Translations under genes and position numbers: made by a program
Sequence record: NZ_CP025192.1
DNA: 64,000 nt
Source of the DNA: a plasmid
Strand: one strand, 5' to 3'
The notes under the pieces: generated by a model
What the model was told of the DNA's origin: nothing
Databases searched by the model: none
What the model saw: only the letters and a program-made list of their open reading frames with translations
Shown: in pieces, positions 47,966 through 57,586 of the stretch
Numbering within the stretch: position 1 is the first letter of the stretch
How the letters are laid out: the number at the start of each line of letters is the position of its first letter

Positions 47966-48434
47966 CCTGACCTACATTCCGACAGCTGAAGGTTGGCTGT
48001 ACATGGCCGCCATCATGGACCTGCACACCCGTAAGATCGTGGGCTGGTCCATGCGCGACCATCTTAGGGCCGAGCTGGCGACCTCGGCGCTGCTGATGGC
48101 CATCCAGCGCCAGCGTCCCAGTGCCGGCCTGATCCAACATTCCGACCGCGGCGTCCAATATGCCTGCGGTGACTACCAGGCGGCGCTGACCAAAGCAGCC
48201 ATCATCCCGTCGATGAGCCGGCGGGCCAACCCGCTGGACAACGCGCCAATGGAGAGCTTCTTCCATACGCTGAAAACCGAGCTGGTGCATCACCGGGCCT
48301 ATGCCACCAGGGATGAGGCCAAGCGCGACCTGTTCTCCTACGTCGAGGGCTTCTACAACCGACAGCGCCTTCATTCGGCCCTGGACTACCGCACGCCAGA
48401 CCAGGCAGAACGGCAGGCAGCAAACGTAGCGTAA
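47966..48434 (+). pseudogene. IS3-family OrfB, 3' part, of IS A.
   Basis: LTYIPTAEGWLYMAAIMDLHTRKIVGW...HSDRGVQYA...NAPMESFF (DDE integrase core), continuing the frame broken at 46644. Confidence 0.75.
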
Positions 48435-48655
48435 CCCGTCCACAGAAGTCGTGGAGGATCACCCCGAAGCCCGAGCTTTCCTGTCTCAGTTCAACGAGTT
48501 GCTGGTTGTTCAAGGCCGACTACTTCACCGACCTGCTGACCCGCCTCGTCAATGGCTGGCCCAACAGCCGCATCGACGAACTCATGCCGTGGTGCTGGGC
48601 CGCCAAAAACGGCAGTTGATCTCAAATACAGCCAGCATGGGTCTGTAGGCCTCGC

Positions 48656-48955
48656 TTACGGTATAGGCGTCGTCAACGCCCTTTGAGCCTCAACAACCGG
48701 CAGCGCGGCAGGAGACCTCTCCGCCGCCGCTGGAGGCAGTCGCGGTGTAGCCGGTCCGGGTGCGATCCCCGCGAGGAGATCCCGGCGCCAGGTGTAGAGC
48801 AGGCCCGTCCCGATCCCCTCACGCTGCGCGACCTCCTTGGCAACCACGCCGGGCTGCATCGCCTCCGCGACGATCCGCAATTTCTGCTCCGCGCTCCAGC
48901 GCCGACGCCGCTCACCGCGCGTCACCACCTCTACGAACTCGCTCCGAGCACTCAT
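48656..48955 (-). pseudogene. IS66-family orf1 (tnpA-like) remnant.
   Basis: ERRRRWSAEQKLRIVAEAMQPGVVAKEVAQREGIGTGLLYTWRRDL is the IS66 orf1 signature. No IS66 orf2 or orf3 follows, so this is probably a relic. Confidence 0.45.
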
Positions 48956-48982
48956 ACGATCACTCGTATGAGTGCTCGGAGC
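48940..48982. repeat. Perfect palindrome with 20-bp arms (GCTCCGAGCACTCATACGA-tca-CTCGTATGAGTGCTCGGAGC).
   Basis: Read directly. It lies at the junction between the IS66 orf1 remnant and the integrase fragment. Confidence 0.7.
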
Positions 48983-49074
48983 CGTGCTCTCCACCTTGTC
49001 TCCGTCCACCGAACGCCCCCTCACCAGGAGAGCAAACCTCGGAGGCTCAGCCAGGACCCTCAACCATGGGGTTC

Positions 49075-49436
49075 AGCCGACGGATACCGCCGAGGCGCTG
49101 CATGCCTATATCCAGACTGCCGGGATCGCTGACGACCGCAGGGGCTGGCTGTTCCGCACAGCGCCAGGCCACAAGGCAACCGAGCTCACCAATCAGCCGC
49201 TGGCCCAGGCTGACGCGTGGCGCATGTTGCGCCGCCGTGCTGTCGCCGCCGGCATCACAGCGCCGATCGGCAACCACACCTTCCGCGCGACCAGCATCAC
49301 CGCCTATCTCGCGAACGGCGGTGCTCTTGAGCATGCGCAGGAAATGGCAGCGCATGAGAGCCCGCGCACCACCAAGCTCTACAACCGCACCAAGGAGCGG
49401 CTGACGCAGGACGAGGTAGAGCGGATCAGACTGTGA
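49075..49436 (+). pseudogene. C-terminal fragment of a tyrosine recombinase/integrase.
   Basis: GNHTFRATSITAYLANGGALEHAQEMAAHESPRTTKLYNRT matches the H-x-x-R ... Y catalytic C-terminus of phage-type integrases. The N-terminal two-thirds are absent. Confidence 0.6.
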
Positions 49437-49474
49437 TGCGTCTCGATTCTCGTACTATTCACCATAAGGAGACC

Positions 49475-50164
49475 TCAAGCAGATTTCAGGTACTTTCGTC
49501 CACTTAGGGCGCTGTATATCTCACCTTGCATGAAAGCCATGATGGCTAAAGTCGTCGCGAGATAGTCAGATAACGCCTGATCGCTTGGGATCAACAATCT
49601 GTCGCCATGCGAAATCGCGTTCCTAATACCCAATAACTTGCTGATATTCGAACGGTGGACTTCGATAGAAAGGCAATCTAGTCCGAGTTGAAAAAGCAAT
49701 TTTTTAAGAACATCCGGCGACAAGTTGGATTTTGTGTCAACTACCTGATCCGGAATATCCACTTTATGCGCCGTAATTCTCTCATAAGACTCAACAAACA
49801 TCTGCTCGCGAGCTGATAGGTGCAATTGTGTGTCGTCCGGCATGCGATTGCGAAAAGTTTCGTGTTTGCTATTCGGGTCCCTTAACGCGGCAAAAACCTT
49901 ATGCAGAGTGGCAGCTGCAACTGGATAGCTAGCCTCGGCACAGGTCAACCCTAAAGCATTGAGCGCCGATGTATAGGAGAGAAGAGAAAATTTACAAAAT
50001 CCTTCAAGATGCGCGTACATTAGCAGAATGAGCGAGCGTTTAAGCATCGCCTGCTCATTTGCGGATGCTGCCGCCTGGATTAAGCGGTCTATCAGACGCA
50101 TTTCAGCCTCGCGACTGGCTCGGTCAGCTTCCAGGTCCTCAAAAACAGACTCAGGGGAACGCAT
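49475..50164 (-). CDS. HEPN-like protein (Rx4H motif), last gene of the methyltransferase-DUF262-HEPN operon.
   Basis: 229 aa, all-helical composition. GIRNAISHGDR fits the HEPN Rx4-6H motif. It overlaps the DUF262 gene by 14 nt. Low-GC codon usage. Confidence 0.5.
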   Translation of the reverse strand: MRSPESVFEDLEADRASREAEMRLIDRLIQAAASANEQAMLKRSLILLMYAHLEGFCKFSLLSYTSALNALGLTCAEASYPVAAATLHKVFAALRDPNSKHETFRNRMPDDTQLHLSAREQMFVESYERITAHKVDIPDQVVDTKSNLSPDVLKKLLFQLGLDCLSIEVHRSNISKLLGIRNAISHGDRLLIPSDQALSDYLATTLAIMAFMQGEIYSALSGRKYLKSA

Positions 50165-51287
50165 GGATGAGCCGTTGCCTTACAAAATTGATCCGATCAT
50201 TCAGCGGGCCAGGCGAGTTTTTCCCACCGCCAGTTGTTTGTCTGACAAATTCGCTGTCAAGCTTAATGCTTTTAAGGCAGTCAGCAATGGCGGCCATTAC
50301 GACGTGGTCTGTCGGGTCAAGTTTGTCGATGACGCTCTGAAGAGCAACTGTAATTGCCTCGAAATGGTACACACTGAAGCCCGACGCCAGATCGGTTCCA
50401 CTCTTATTCCTGAATGCAAAGGACTTGTCGCCTAGAGAGGCCTTCAAAACCGCAAAGGTCTTGCGAAAGTTGGCTTCCTCTCCAGCAAAGTCAAAACTGT
50501 GTGCGCGGCTTGGATCGGCGACGTCCTCCATATACTCTGTCAGAAAATCAGATACTTCGTGTTTGAATTTATCCAGCCGATTCTTGAGCGCGAAAAATCT
50601 TAAGACCAGTTCCTGATCGATCCCTGAAAGAAGCCGCGCCTCCGTCAAGGCGCTTGTGCAGACCTGAAAATCATCAACCCCGCTCATATTGATGATGAAA
50701 TCGGGAAACTCAGTACTGAGCATGCGAATTGTGCAATTACGAATCTGCTGCTCCGACAGGCCTTCTCCGCCTGTGTTAAGCCGCTTGAACATGTGATATT
50801 TGAAATGCGGATCAGCGCCCCTGCGAACAACCTCCACTCGAATGAATGCGCGCTTCAACCTGATCTGCATGGAGGTTGGCAGATCGTCAAAGGTGAGATC
50901 GTTCAGCGCGTGCACGATGTCACAATCTACAAGTTTCAGCTTGTCGCCCTTTTGAACAGGACGATCGAGATGAGGGGCGTCCAACGCGCCTCGTAAATGC
51001 AAGTAGGATGAAATCCGTTGCAGTCCGTCGATCAGCTGATAGCGGCCTTCCTCCTCCTCGATTACAAAGATCGGCGGCACAGGCATTTCTAGAATCAGCG
51101 ACTCTATGAGACGCGAACGCTGTCCTTCGGTCCACCTAAAGAGCCTCTGATAGTCCGGGGTGATGTTGAGCTCGCCTGCCTCGGCCATGTCGAGAAGTTC
51201 ATTGAAAGAAAGATCAAGTGCCTGAGTGCTGGCGCGTTTTAGCGTTCCCGCGACCTCCTCGATAAGGCGCGCGCTTGAGCCTGACAT
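50151..51287 (-). CDS. DUF262 (GmrSD N-terminal / ParB-like) domain protein.
   Basis: ITPDYQRLFRWTEGQRSRLIESLILEMPVPPIFVIEEEEGRYQLIDGLQRISS matches the DUF262 DGQQR-type signature. No DUF1524/His-Me finger motif is seen in the C-terminal half. Confidence 0.75.
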   Translation of the reverse strand: MSGSSARLIEEVAGTLKRASTQALDLSFNELLDMAEAGELNITPDYQRLFRWTEGQRSRLIESLILEMPVPPIFVIEEEEGRYQLIDGLQRISSYLHLRGALDAPHLDRPVQKGDKLKLVDCDIVHALNDLTFDDLPTSMQIRLKRAFIRVEVVRRGADPHFKYHMFKRLNTGGEGLSEQQIRNCTIRMLSTEFPDFIINMSGVDDFQVCTSALTEARLLSGIDQELVLRFFALKNRLDKFKHEVSDFLTEYMEDVADPSRAHSFDFAGEEANFRKTFAVLKASLGDKSFAFRNKSGTDLASGFSVYHFEAITVALQSVIDKLDPTDHVVMAAIADCLKSIKLDSEFVRQTTGGGKNSPGPLNDRINFVRQRLIHAFP

Positions 51288-51289
51288 CG

Positions 51290-52591
51290 CTAACGATCTC
51301 CACGTTGAAAACAGAGGACGGACTCAACTGTTCCGAGCCTGTTTGTGCGACCTGTAGCATGCGGATGAATCGCCGCCATAGTTCGATGCACTGTAAAATC
51401 TTCTCGTCGCATTAACTGCAGGTTCCGACTGGCTGCCATCTCTACCAGAACGGCAGGAAGATTATTGTGAATGTCTTTGTAGTGCGAATCCTGTACTACA
51501 AAAATCGCTGCTGCACCGTCCTTAAGAACACTGGAAATCCTGGAGATAGACCGGCTCATTTTATCGAAGTAGTCGAGATGCGTCTTTAAGTAATATCCTG
51601 CAGATGACTTGGACGGGTGAAGTCTAACTTTTTCTAAGAAGTCGCGGCAGGTGGTGCCCCACTGGTTATCGTATTCGATAGGTTGCGATGGGACGCGAGT
51701 TGAACCAATCATCCGCCGGCCAAGGGCATGCACATCCGACCGAATAAGGCCATTCAATACAGCCAATTCAATCTGAGTGGCCACTGCGTAGTCTATCCGA
51801 GTGCAGTAAGGTGGTGAAGTGAGCACAAAATCTACTGTCGCCTCCCCCGCGAAAAACGAAGTGCTATCTGCTAGTCGAGCTTCTGCGAAGGTGCATTTCA
51901 GAGGATGATCGTCTGCACACTTTGAAAGCGCTTCTGCCATGCCTCTAATCTGGGATAAAAAGGTGCTCCGCAGCTCGTCATCGCGGACATGAACGAGCTC
52001 CTCGGCAGATTTCGCCCTACGCCACCATGTCGGATTGGAAGATCGGAAGGTGACGGACGCACTTCGTGCCACAGCAAATAGTGCGACGTAGAAGGCTGAA
52101 GCGATGCTTGATAGACGATCAAGATCAGCGCCCCGTTCCGATATTGTGAACCGACCCACGAGGCTGCTTGAAATCGCCTGCTCGATTGCACGGACATGGC
52201 GCGCCGTCTCGTGATCGAACCAACTCAGCAGAGGATCATCCGCCGGAAGAGTCACTGGAACATCGCAATGATCAATTAGCTTCTGACCAAGTGGCTCAAG
52301 GCTGTCTGCTTCGCTTGGAGGTAGAAGCCTTGCTCGCGCAACAGCAATCATAACCGGATTGAGATCGAGACCAATCCCAAGGTGACCGTGATTCCGAGCT
52401 GCATAAATTGTTGTCCCGCTTCCGTTCCACGGATCCAGGACAACAGCACGTGGCGCTAGGCGTGCAGAGCTGATTATGTCGGAAGCAAAAGCCTCCGGAT
52501 AACCGGCGTAGTAGGGAAAAAACCCCTCCCATCCAACTTGTAGGCGCCGATTTCGCTTGGGAGACGGGATTGCGAGACTGTCGAACATCAT
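51290..52591 (-). CDS. DNA methyltransferase (N6-adenine or N4-cytosine) with motif I upstream of motif IV.
   Basis: AdoMet motif VLDPWNGSGTT near the N-terminus and catalytic LTSPPY about 220 aa downstream. A 3-nt gap separates it from the DUF262 gene. Confidence 0.75.
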   Translation of the reverse strand: MMFDSLAIPSPKRNRRLQVGWEGFFPYYAGYPEAFASDIISSARLAPRAVVLDPWNGSGTTIYAARNHGHLGIGLDLNPVMIAVARARLLPPSEADSLEPLGQKLIDHCDVPVTLPADDPLLSWFDHETARHVRAIEQAISSSLVGRFTISERGADLDRLSSIASAFYVALFAVARSASVTFRSSNPTWWRRAKSAEELVHVRDDELRSTFLSQIRGMAEALSKCADDHPLKCTFAEARLADSTSFFAGEATVDFVLTSPPYCTRIDYAVATQIELAVLNGLIRSDVHALGRRMIGSTRVPSQPIEYDNQWGTTCRDFLEKVRLHPSKSSAGYYLKTHLDYFDKMSRSISRISSVLKDGAAAIFVVQDSHYKDIHNNLPAVLVEMAASRNLQLMRREDFTVHRTMAAIHPHATGRTNRLGTVESVLCFQRGDR

Positions 52592-52643
52592 GTCTGCGCA
52601 GTCTGTAGGAGGTACGCAGGGGTCAAGTCTGCCTTGCTCTCCA

Positions 52644-52961
52644 TCATGCGACCGTTGTCAGCCCGTTCTTGGCGACGAGCGAGAGAAGCTTAAGGGACGG
52701 GCCTTGCGGGCGCTTCTCGCCGCGCTCCCACTGGCTGACGAGGCCCGTCGTGACGTTGAGATAGCGCGCGAACACGGCTTGGCTGGCCCCTTCCCGTTCA
52801 CGGAGAGCACGGATTTCTTCAGGTGTGAGCGGGCGCACGGGCGTCAGGCAGGCGTCGTCGAACTGGCGCATGGTCTGCTTGTCCATGAGCCCGGCATTGT
52901 GGAGGCCCTCGGCGGTCTCGTGGATCGAGGCCATGGCCCTGCTGCGATACTGCTTACTCAT
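52644..52961 (-). CDS. higA: HigA-type XRE-family HTH antitoxin.
   Basis: C-terminal HTH ARYLNVTTGLVSQWERGEKRPQGPSLKLLSLV (the toxin-first HigA2-like arrangement). 8-nt overlap with the upstream toxin gene. Confidence 0.7.
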   Translation of the reverse strand: MSKQYRSRAMASIHETAEGLHNAGLMDKQTMRQFDDACLTPVRPLTPEEIRALREREGASQAVFARYLNVTTGLVSQWERGEKRPQGPSLKLLSLVAKNGLTTVA

Positions 52962-53328
52962 CCTCCGTTACCTCCGTCAGCACGCCGGCGCCGATCGCTG
53001 TCGCGAGCGCCGCATCGTCATAAGCCAGCAACTGCGCCGCCAGCAGCTTGAAAGCGGCCAGCTCGTCATCGCGGATGTTGTCCTGCTCGTTCTTGGCGAA
53101 GCCATGCACGAAGAAGGACCGCTCCCCAACCCGGAAGAGGATGATCGTGCGGAACCCGCCCGACTTCCCTGCTCCCTCGCGGGCAATGCGCTGCTTGATG
53201 ACCCCGCCGCCCAGATCGGCGTCGATCAGTCCCCGCCCTGCCCTGCCGACCGCCTCGCGCAACGCCGCGTCGCTCAACCGCGCCTTCCTGGCGAACCGCG
53301 CAAACGGCTTGTTCTTGAATATCCTCAC
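52954..53328 (-). CDS. higB: RelE/ParE-superfamily toxin (HigB-like; toxin gene first).
   Basis: 124 aa. Its family and gene order match HigB2-like toxins that are paired with C-terminal-HTH antitoxins. Confidence 0.65.
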   Translation of the reverse strand: MRIFKNKPFARFARKARLSDAALREAVGRAGRGLIDADLGGGVIKQRIAREGAGKSGGFRTIILFRVGERSFFVHGFAKNEQDNIRDDELAAFKLLAAQLLAYDDAALATAIGAGVLTEVTEDE

Positions 53329-53365
53329 CTGCCCTCACCAACAGCCGCCGCGAGGTCATCCAAAA

Positions 53366-53390
53366 ATTACTATAGCACTTAGTGCTATAA
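53366..53390. promoter_or_regulatory. Palindrome TATAGCACT-TAGTGCTATA upstream of higB, likely the TA operator.
   Basis: Perfect 9-bp arms read directly, 40-60 bp upstream of the toxin start codon. Confidence 0.4.
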
Positions 53391-53658
53391 AATGCAAGGC
53401 GGGCGTCCCCCCTACCCTTGGGCCGCCAGACGGGGCCAGGCTGTGCCATAATGGCGGCTGAACCCGGTGTCGGGCGGGCTCAAGGCCTGCCCGGCCGTCT
53501 GCCAGAGGGCCGATGTGCAACCGCTGCGCTGACCGCCTCCCGCTTGAACTCCTCCGTCCAGCCCCGCTGACGTGGATCTCCCATCGCGCCCTCCAAGTCA
53601 TCATGACCTTACCTGAGCGCTCTCCACTTCTCCCGGGAAAGTCCAAGGAGGGGCTGTC

Positions 53659-53905
53659 CTGGACTCCTGCGGGGCAGTCCAGTGGCCCTGGACTCTTGCG
53701 GGACCCGAGTCGTCGGTCTCTCGGAGACATGGCGGAGCCTCGTCCACAGGGCAAACCTGGGCTTTTGCGGGTATCCCCAGGATTCATGCGGGATACCCTC
53801 GTGTAGAAATCAATGACTTATGAAGTTATCTACTGGGTTCCTGCGGGGCATAACTAATAGAGTTTCTAATAATCTTCAAATAGCTCGTCCCGCAGAAGTC
53901 CAGGT
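53659..53905. repeat. Iteron array: five direct copies of CTGG(A/G)(C/T)TC(C/T)TGCGGG plus one inverted copy, with an AT-rich segment (about 53800-53885). Candidate oriV.
   Basis: Copies at 53659, 53688, 53757, 53779 and 53833, with an inverted copy at 53887-53905. The AT-rich stretch gtgtagaaatcaatgacttatgaagttatctac...taactaatagagtttctaataatcttcaaatag lies in otherwise GC-rich DNA, directly upstream of the rep-like gene. Confidence 0.6.
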
Positions 53906-53950
53906 GGACACGCCACCCCAGATCGAGCACGTTCTTCAGCGAGATTTGGG

Positions 53951-54934
53951 ATGGCATCTGTGGAGGACGAGGCGATGGGGACAGTCCATCGACTCATTGA
54001 GGAGCACGGGCGGCAAGGGGCATTGAAAATGGCTCCAACCGACGGAGACCGCCGCGCCATCGAGGCCGCCATCCAGTACATGGCCGACGAGGACGCCGGG
54101 ATCGGCTTCCTCTACAGCGGTTGGTGCCAAGCCGCCCTACCCCACAAGAAGCTCGCTGACGATGCGGCCTGGAAGATCGAGACCGACCGGGTCGCGCTCA
54201 TCGTCGAGCCAGGGCGTCGCAACATCCCCGGTGGAGGCATAGAATGGGTCGGCGCACCTTACGGCTCGCGAGCCCGCCTCATCTTGCTGTTTCTACAGAG
54301 CGAGGCGCTCCGGACCAATTCCCGCGACATCGAACTCGGGAGAAGCCTACACATGTGGCTCGGGCGCCTCGGGATCCCGATCGGCGGCAAGAGCTTCAAG
54401 GACGTCCGGGAACAGGCCGAGCGCCTCTCTAGGTGCCGGATGACCTTCCACATCATCGCAGGCGACCGGGCTGGGCTGGTCAACCAGAACATTGTAGACA
54501 CTGCGATGTTCGTGCAGGAACCGTCGGCCGAGGGCCAGGGTTCCCTGTTTGTCGAAACAGCGCGCCTCTCGGAGACCTTTTTCGAGCAACTCAGGAAGCA
54601 CCCGGTGCCCCTAGAAGAGTCGGCGATACGGGCGATCTCAAATAACTCGCAAGCTCTCGACATCTACTGCTGGCTCGCATACCGGCTCCACGTTCTTCCG
54701 CCCGGGAGGCCGGTCTCGGTGTCCTGGCGGGCACTGTTCGGGCAGTTCGGGGCCTCCTACAAGCGCATCGATCACTGGAAAGAGCGCTTCGTGGACAGCC
54801 TGAAGATCGCGACTGCGGTCTACCCACACGCAAGCATCGAAGTGGCACCCGAGGGCCTCGTGTTGCGCCAGTCCCGCCCGCCGGTGGCGCCTCGCCTCGT
54901 CTCTGGCGGATCTCCCGCAAGAGCCCAAGGATAA
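53951..54934 (+). CDS. Replication initiator protein (RepA/RPA-like).
   Basis: 327 aa. The iteron array and AT-rich element lie upstream. Partial resemblance to alphaproteobacterial replication initiator protein A (FLYSGWCQAALPHKKL, LDIYCWLAYRL). The family assignment needs an HMM check. Confidence 0.5.
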   Translation: MASVEDEAMGTVHRLIEEHGRQGALKMAPTDGDRRAIEAAIQYMADEDAGIGFLYSGWCQAALPHKKLADDAAWKIETDRVALIVEPGRRNIPGGGIEWVGAPYGSRARLILLFLQSEALRTNSRDIELGRSLHMWLGRLGIPIGGKSFKDVREQAERLSRCRMTFHIIAGDRAGLVNQNIVDTAMFVQEPSAEGQGSLFVETARLSETFFEQLRKHPVPLEESAIRAISNNSQALDIYCWLAYRLHVLPPGRPVSVSWRALFGQFGASYKRIDHWKERFVDSLKIATAVYPHASIEVAPEGLVLRQSRPPVAPRLVSGGSPARAQG

Positions 54935-55391
54935 GCAGCACCGTTTTCCTGGACCCCGCAAAAGTCCAAGAAAAACCGGGCAGCTCGGGACCCCTCCTGA
55001 CGCTGGGGCGGCCAATCCTACCGCAGCCCCTTCCCGCCGCCGATCCATGCACCACGGTCCAGGAACGGGACAAACAGGTCCAGCTGGGGCCGGACGACCG
55101 GGCGCTTTCCGCTCATGCCCCCCTGCCCTTCTTGACGCGCTCCCTCTCCAGGGCCGCCAGGGCCATCTCAACGATCTCACCGAGCGCCTGGCTGCTTAAT
55201 GCCCGCTTTCCAAGATCAAGCCCCAGGATGTTCACCGTGCCTCCGGGTGCCGCCACCCAGTTCGATAGTATGATGCGTGTGGATCGGCATGGAATAGGAA
55301 CCCTGTTGGAGGGGTGATCGGCGTCCAAACGGGACCCCACTGACGGCGGGGTTCACAGTGGTTTCCGGGATGATCGGGAGCCAGTGCTGGG

Positions 55392-56644
55392 ATGCTGGTC
55401 GTGGAGACAGTGGCAAAGATCCGGCGCCTGCACCGGGTGCAGGGCAAGTCGATCAAGGCGATCTGTCGTGAGCTCGGGATTTCGCGAAAGGTGGTCCGGA
55501 AGGTTCTGCGGTCCGGGGAGACGGAATTCCGCTACAGCCGGGCGCGGCAGCCGCAGCCCAAGCTGGGGCCGTGGCAGGCCGAGCTGGAGCGCCTGCTGGA
55601 GGCGAACGAGGCGCGGCCGCGGCGCGAGCGGCTGACGCTGGTGCGGGTCTACGAGACGCTGCGTGAGCTGGGGTACGAGGGCGGCTACGACGCGGTCCGG
55701 CGACATGCGCGGGGGTGGCAGGCGTCACGGGCGACGGCGGTGGCAGCAGCCTTCGTGCCGCTGAGCTTCGCGCCGGGCGAGGCATACCAGTTCGATTGGA
55801 GCCACGAGGTCGTGCTGATCGGCGGCACGACAGTGACCGTCAAAGTCGCGCATGTGAGGCTGTGCCACAGCCGGATGCTGTTCGTCCGCGCTTATCCGCG
55901 CGAGACGCAAGAGATGGTGTTTGACGCTCATGACCGGGCGTTCGCCTTCTTTCGCGGTACCTGCACGCGGGGCATCTACGACAACATGCGCACGGCGGTG
56001 GACGCGATCCTGGTGGGACGGGATCGCGCCTACAACCGGCGTTTCCTGCGCATGTGCAGCCACTACCTGGTCGAGCCGGTGGCCTGCACTCCGGCCTCGG
56101 GCTGGGAGAAAGGTCAGGTCGAGAACCAGGTCGGGCTGGTGCGGGAGCGGTTCTTTACGCCGCGGCTGCGGGTGAGGAGTTACGAGGAGCTGAACGCCCT
56201 CCTGCTGGAGCGGTGCGTGTCCCATGCCCGGGCCAATCGGCATCCGGAGCAGAGGGAGCGGACCGTCTGGGAGGCGTTCGAGGCAGAGCGGCCAAGCCTG
56301 GTGCCTTACGCTGGGCGGTTCGACGGGTTCCATGCCGTGCCTGCCGCGGTATCCAAGACCTGCCTGGTGCGGTTCGACAACAACAAGTACTCGGTGATGG
56401 CGAGCGCGGTGGGGCGGCCGGTCGAGATCCGGGCCTATGCCGAGCGGATCGAGTTGCGCCAGGACGGCCGGGTGGTGGGCGAGCACCGGCGCGTGTTCGG
56501 CCGGGACCAGACGGTGTTCGACCCCTGGCACTACGTGCCCGTGCTGGCGCGCAAACCTGGAGCGCTGCGCAACGGGGCACCGTTCAAGGACTGGCTGCTC
56601 CCCAGTGCACTGGAACGGGTCCGCCGCAAGCTGGCCACAGCCAC
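55392..56644 (+). pseudogene. istA: IS21-family istA, 5' part, interrupted by an IS3-family insertion.
   Basis: MLVVETVAKIRRLHRVQGKSIKAICRELGISRKVVRKVL...RVRRKLATA and then the frame runs into the TGAACC IR of the inserted IS. Confidence 0.8.
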
Positions 56645-56683
56645 TGAACCGCCCCGGGTATGCCGGAGGCTGATTGGTTTGGG

Positions 56684-57586
56684 TTAGGCTGCCAGGGCGG
56701 GCTCCTCAAGCCTGGCGTAGTAGCGCGCCTCTGCTTCGGCCGGTGGCATGTTGCCGATCGGCTCGAGGAGGCGGCGGTGGTTGAACCAGTCGACCCACTC
56801 GAGGGTGGCATATTCGACGGCCTCGAGGGATCGCCACGGGCCACGGCGCCGGATGACCTCGGTCTTGAACAGGCCGATGACGGTCTCGGCGAGGGCGTTG
56901 TCGTAGCTGTCGCCGACGCTGCCGACCGAGGGCTCGATCCCGGCCTCGAGCAGGCGTTCCGTGTACCGAATGCTGAGGTACTGCCCACCCCTGTCGCTAT
57001 GATGGGTCAGGCCGCCCTTCGCCGGGCGGCGGTCATGCAGGGCTTGTTCCAGGGCATCGAGGACAAAGCCCGCATGCGCCGTCCGCGAGACCCGCCAGCC
57101 GACGATGCGGCGGGCGAAGACGTCGATGACGAAGGCGGCATAGACGAAGCCCTGCCAGGTCGCGACGTAGGTGAAGTCCGACACCCACAGCATGTCCGGT
57201 CGCGGCGCCCGGAACTGGCGGTTCACCTTGTCCGCCGGGCAGGGCGTGGCCTTGTCGGCGATCGTGGTCCTGACCTCCTTGCCGCGGACGACGCCGCGCA
57301 GGCCCATGCTCCGCATCAGGCGTTCCACCGTGCAGCGGGCCACCGCGATGCCCTCCCGGCCGAGCTGCCGCCAGACCTTGCGGGCGCCGTAGACCCCGAA
57401 GTTGGCCGCATGCACCTGCCGGATCCCCTCCATGAGCACCAGGTCCTGCCGGGCGCGCGGCGAGGTCTTGGCCGGATCACCACGCCGGGCAACATGGGCG
57501 TGGTAGGTCGACGGCGCGATCGGCAGCACCCTGCAGATCGGCTCGACACCGTAGACCCCGCGGTGATCGTCGATGAAGGCGATCAT
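56684..57586 (-). CDS. IS3-family transposase OrfB of IS C.
   Basis: About 75% identical by eye to the OrfB at 46684-47589 ([29 protein letters not shown]...). Confidence 0.9.
   Translation of the reverse strand: MIAFIDDHRGVYGVEPICRVLPIAPSTYHAHVARRGDPAKTSPRARQDLVLMEGIRQVHAANFGVYGARKVWRQLGREGIAVARCTVERLMRSMGLRGVVRGKEVRTTIADKATPCPADKVNRQFRAPRPDMLWVSDFTYVATWQGFVYAAFVIDVFARRIVGWRVSRTAHAGFVLDALEQALHDRRPAKGGLTHHSDRGGQYLSIRYTERLLEAGIEPSVGSVGDSYDNALAETVIGLFKTEVIRRRGPWRSLEAVEYATLEWVDWFNHRRLLEPIGNMPPAEAEARYYARLEEPALAA

Larger units (their letters stand above)
45835..48465 (+). mobile_element. IS3-family insertion sequence (IS A), itself interrupted by a second IS3-family element.
   Basis: Imperfect terminal IRs CGAGGGTGATCCTCC (about 45835) and GGAGGATCACCCCG (about 48452-48466). 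orfA is followed by the slippery A_AAA_AAG at 46203-46209. orfB is split at 46644/47966. Confidence 0.75.

Noticed and set aside
55113-55340. The 75-aa minus-strand ORF as a CopG/RHH-type antitoxin.
   Set aside because: Only a weak resemblance (…KRALSSQALGEIVEMALAALERERVKK). There is no partner toxin gene and no clear start, so it is left uncalled.
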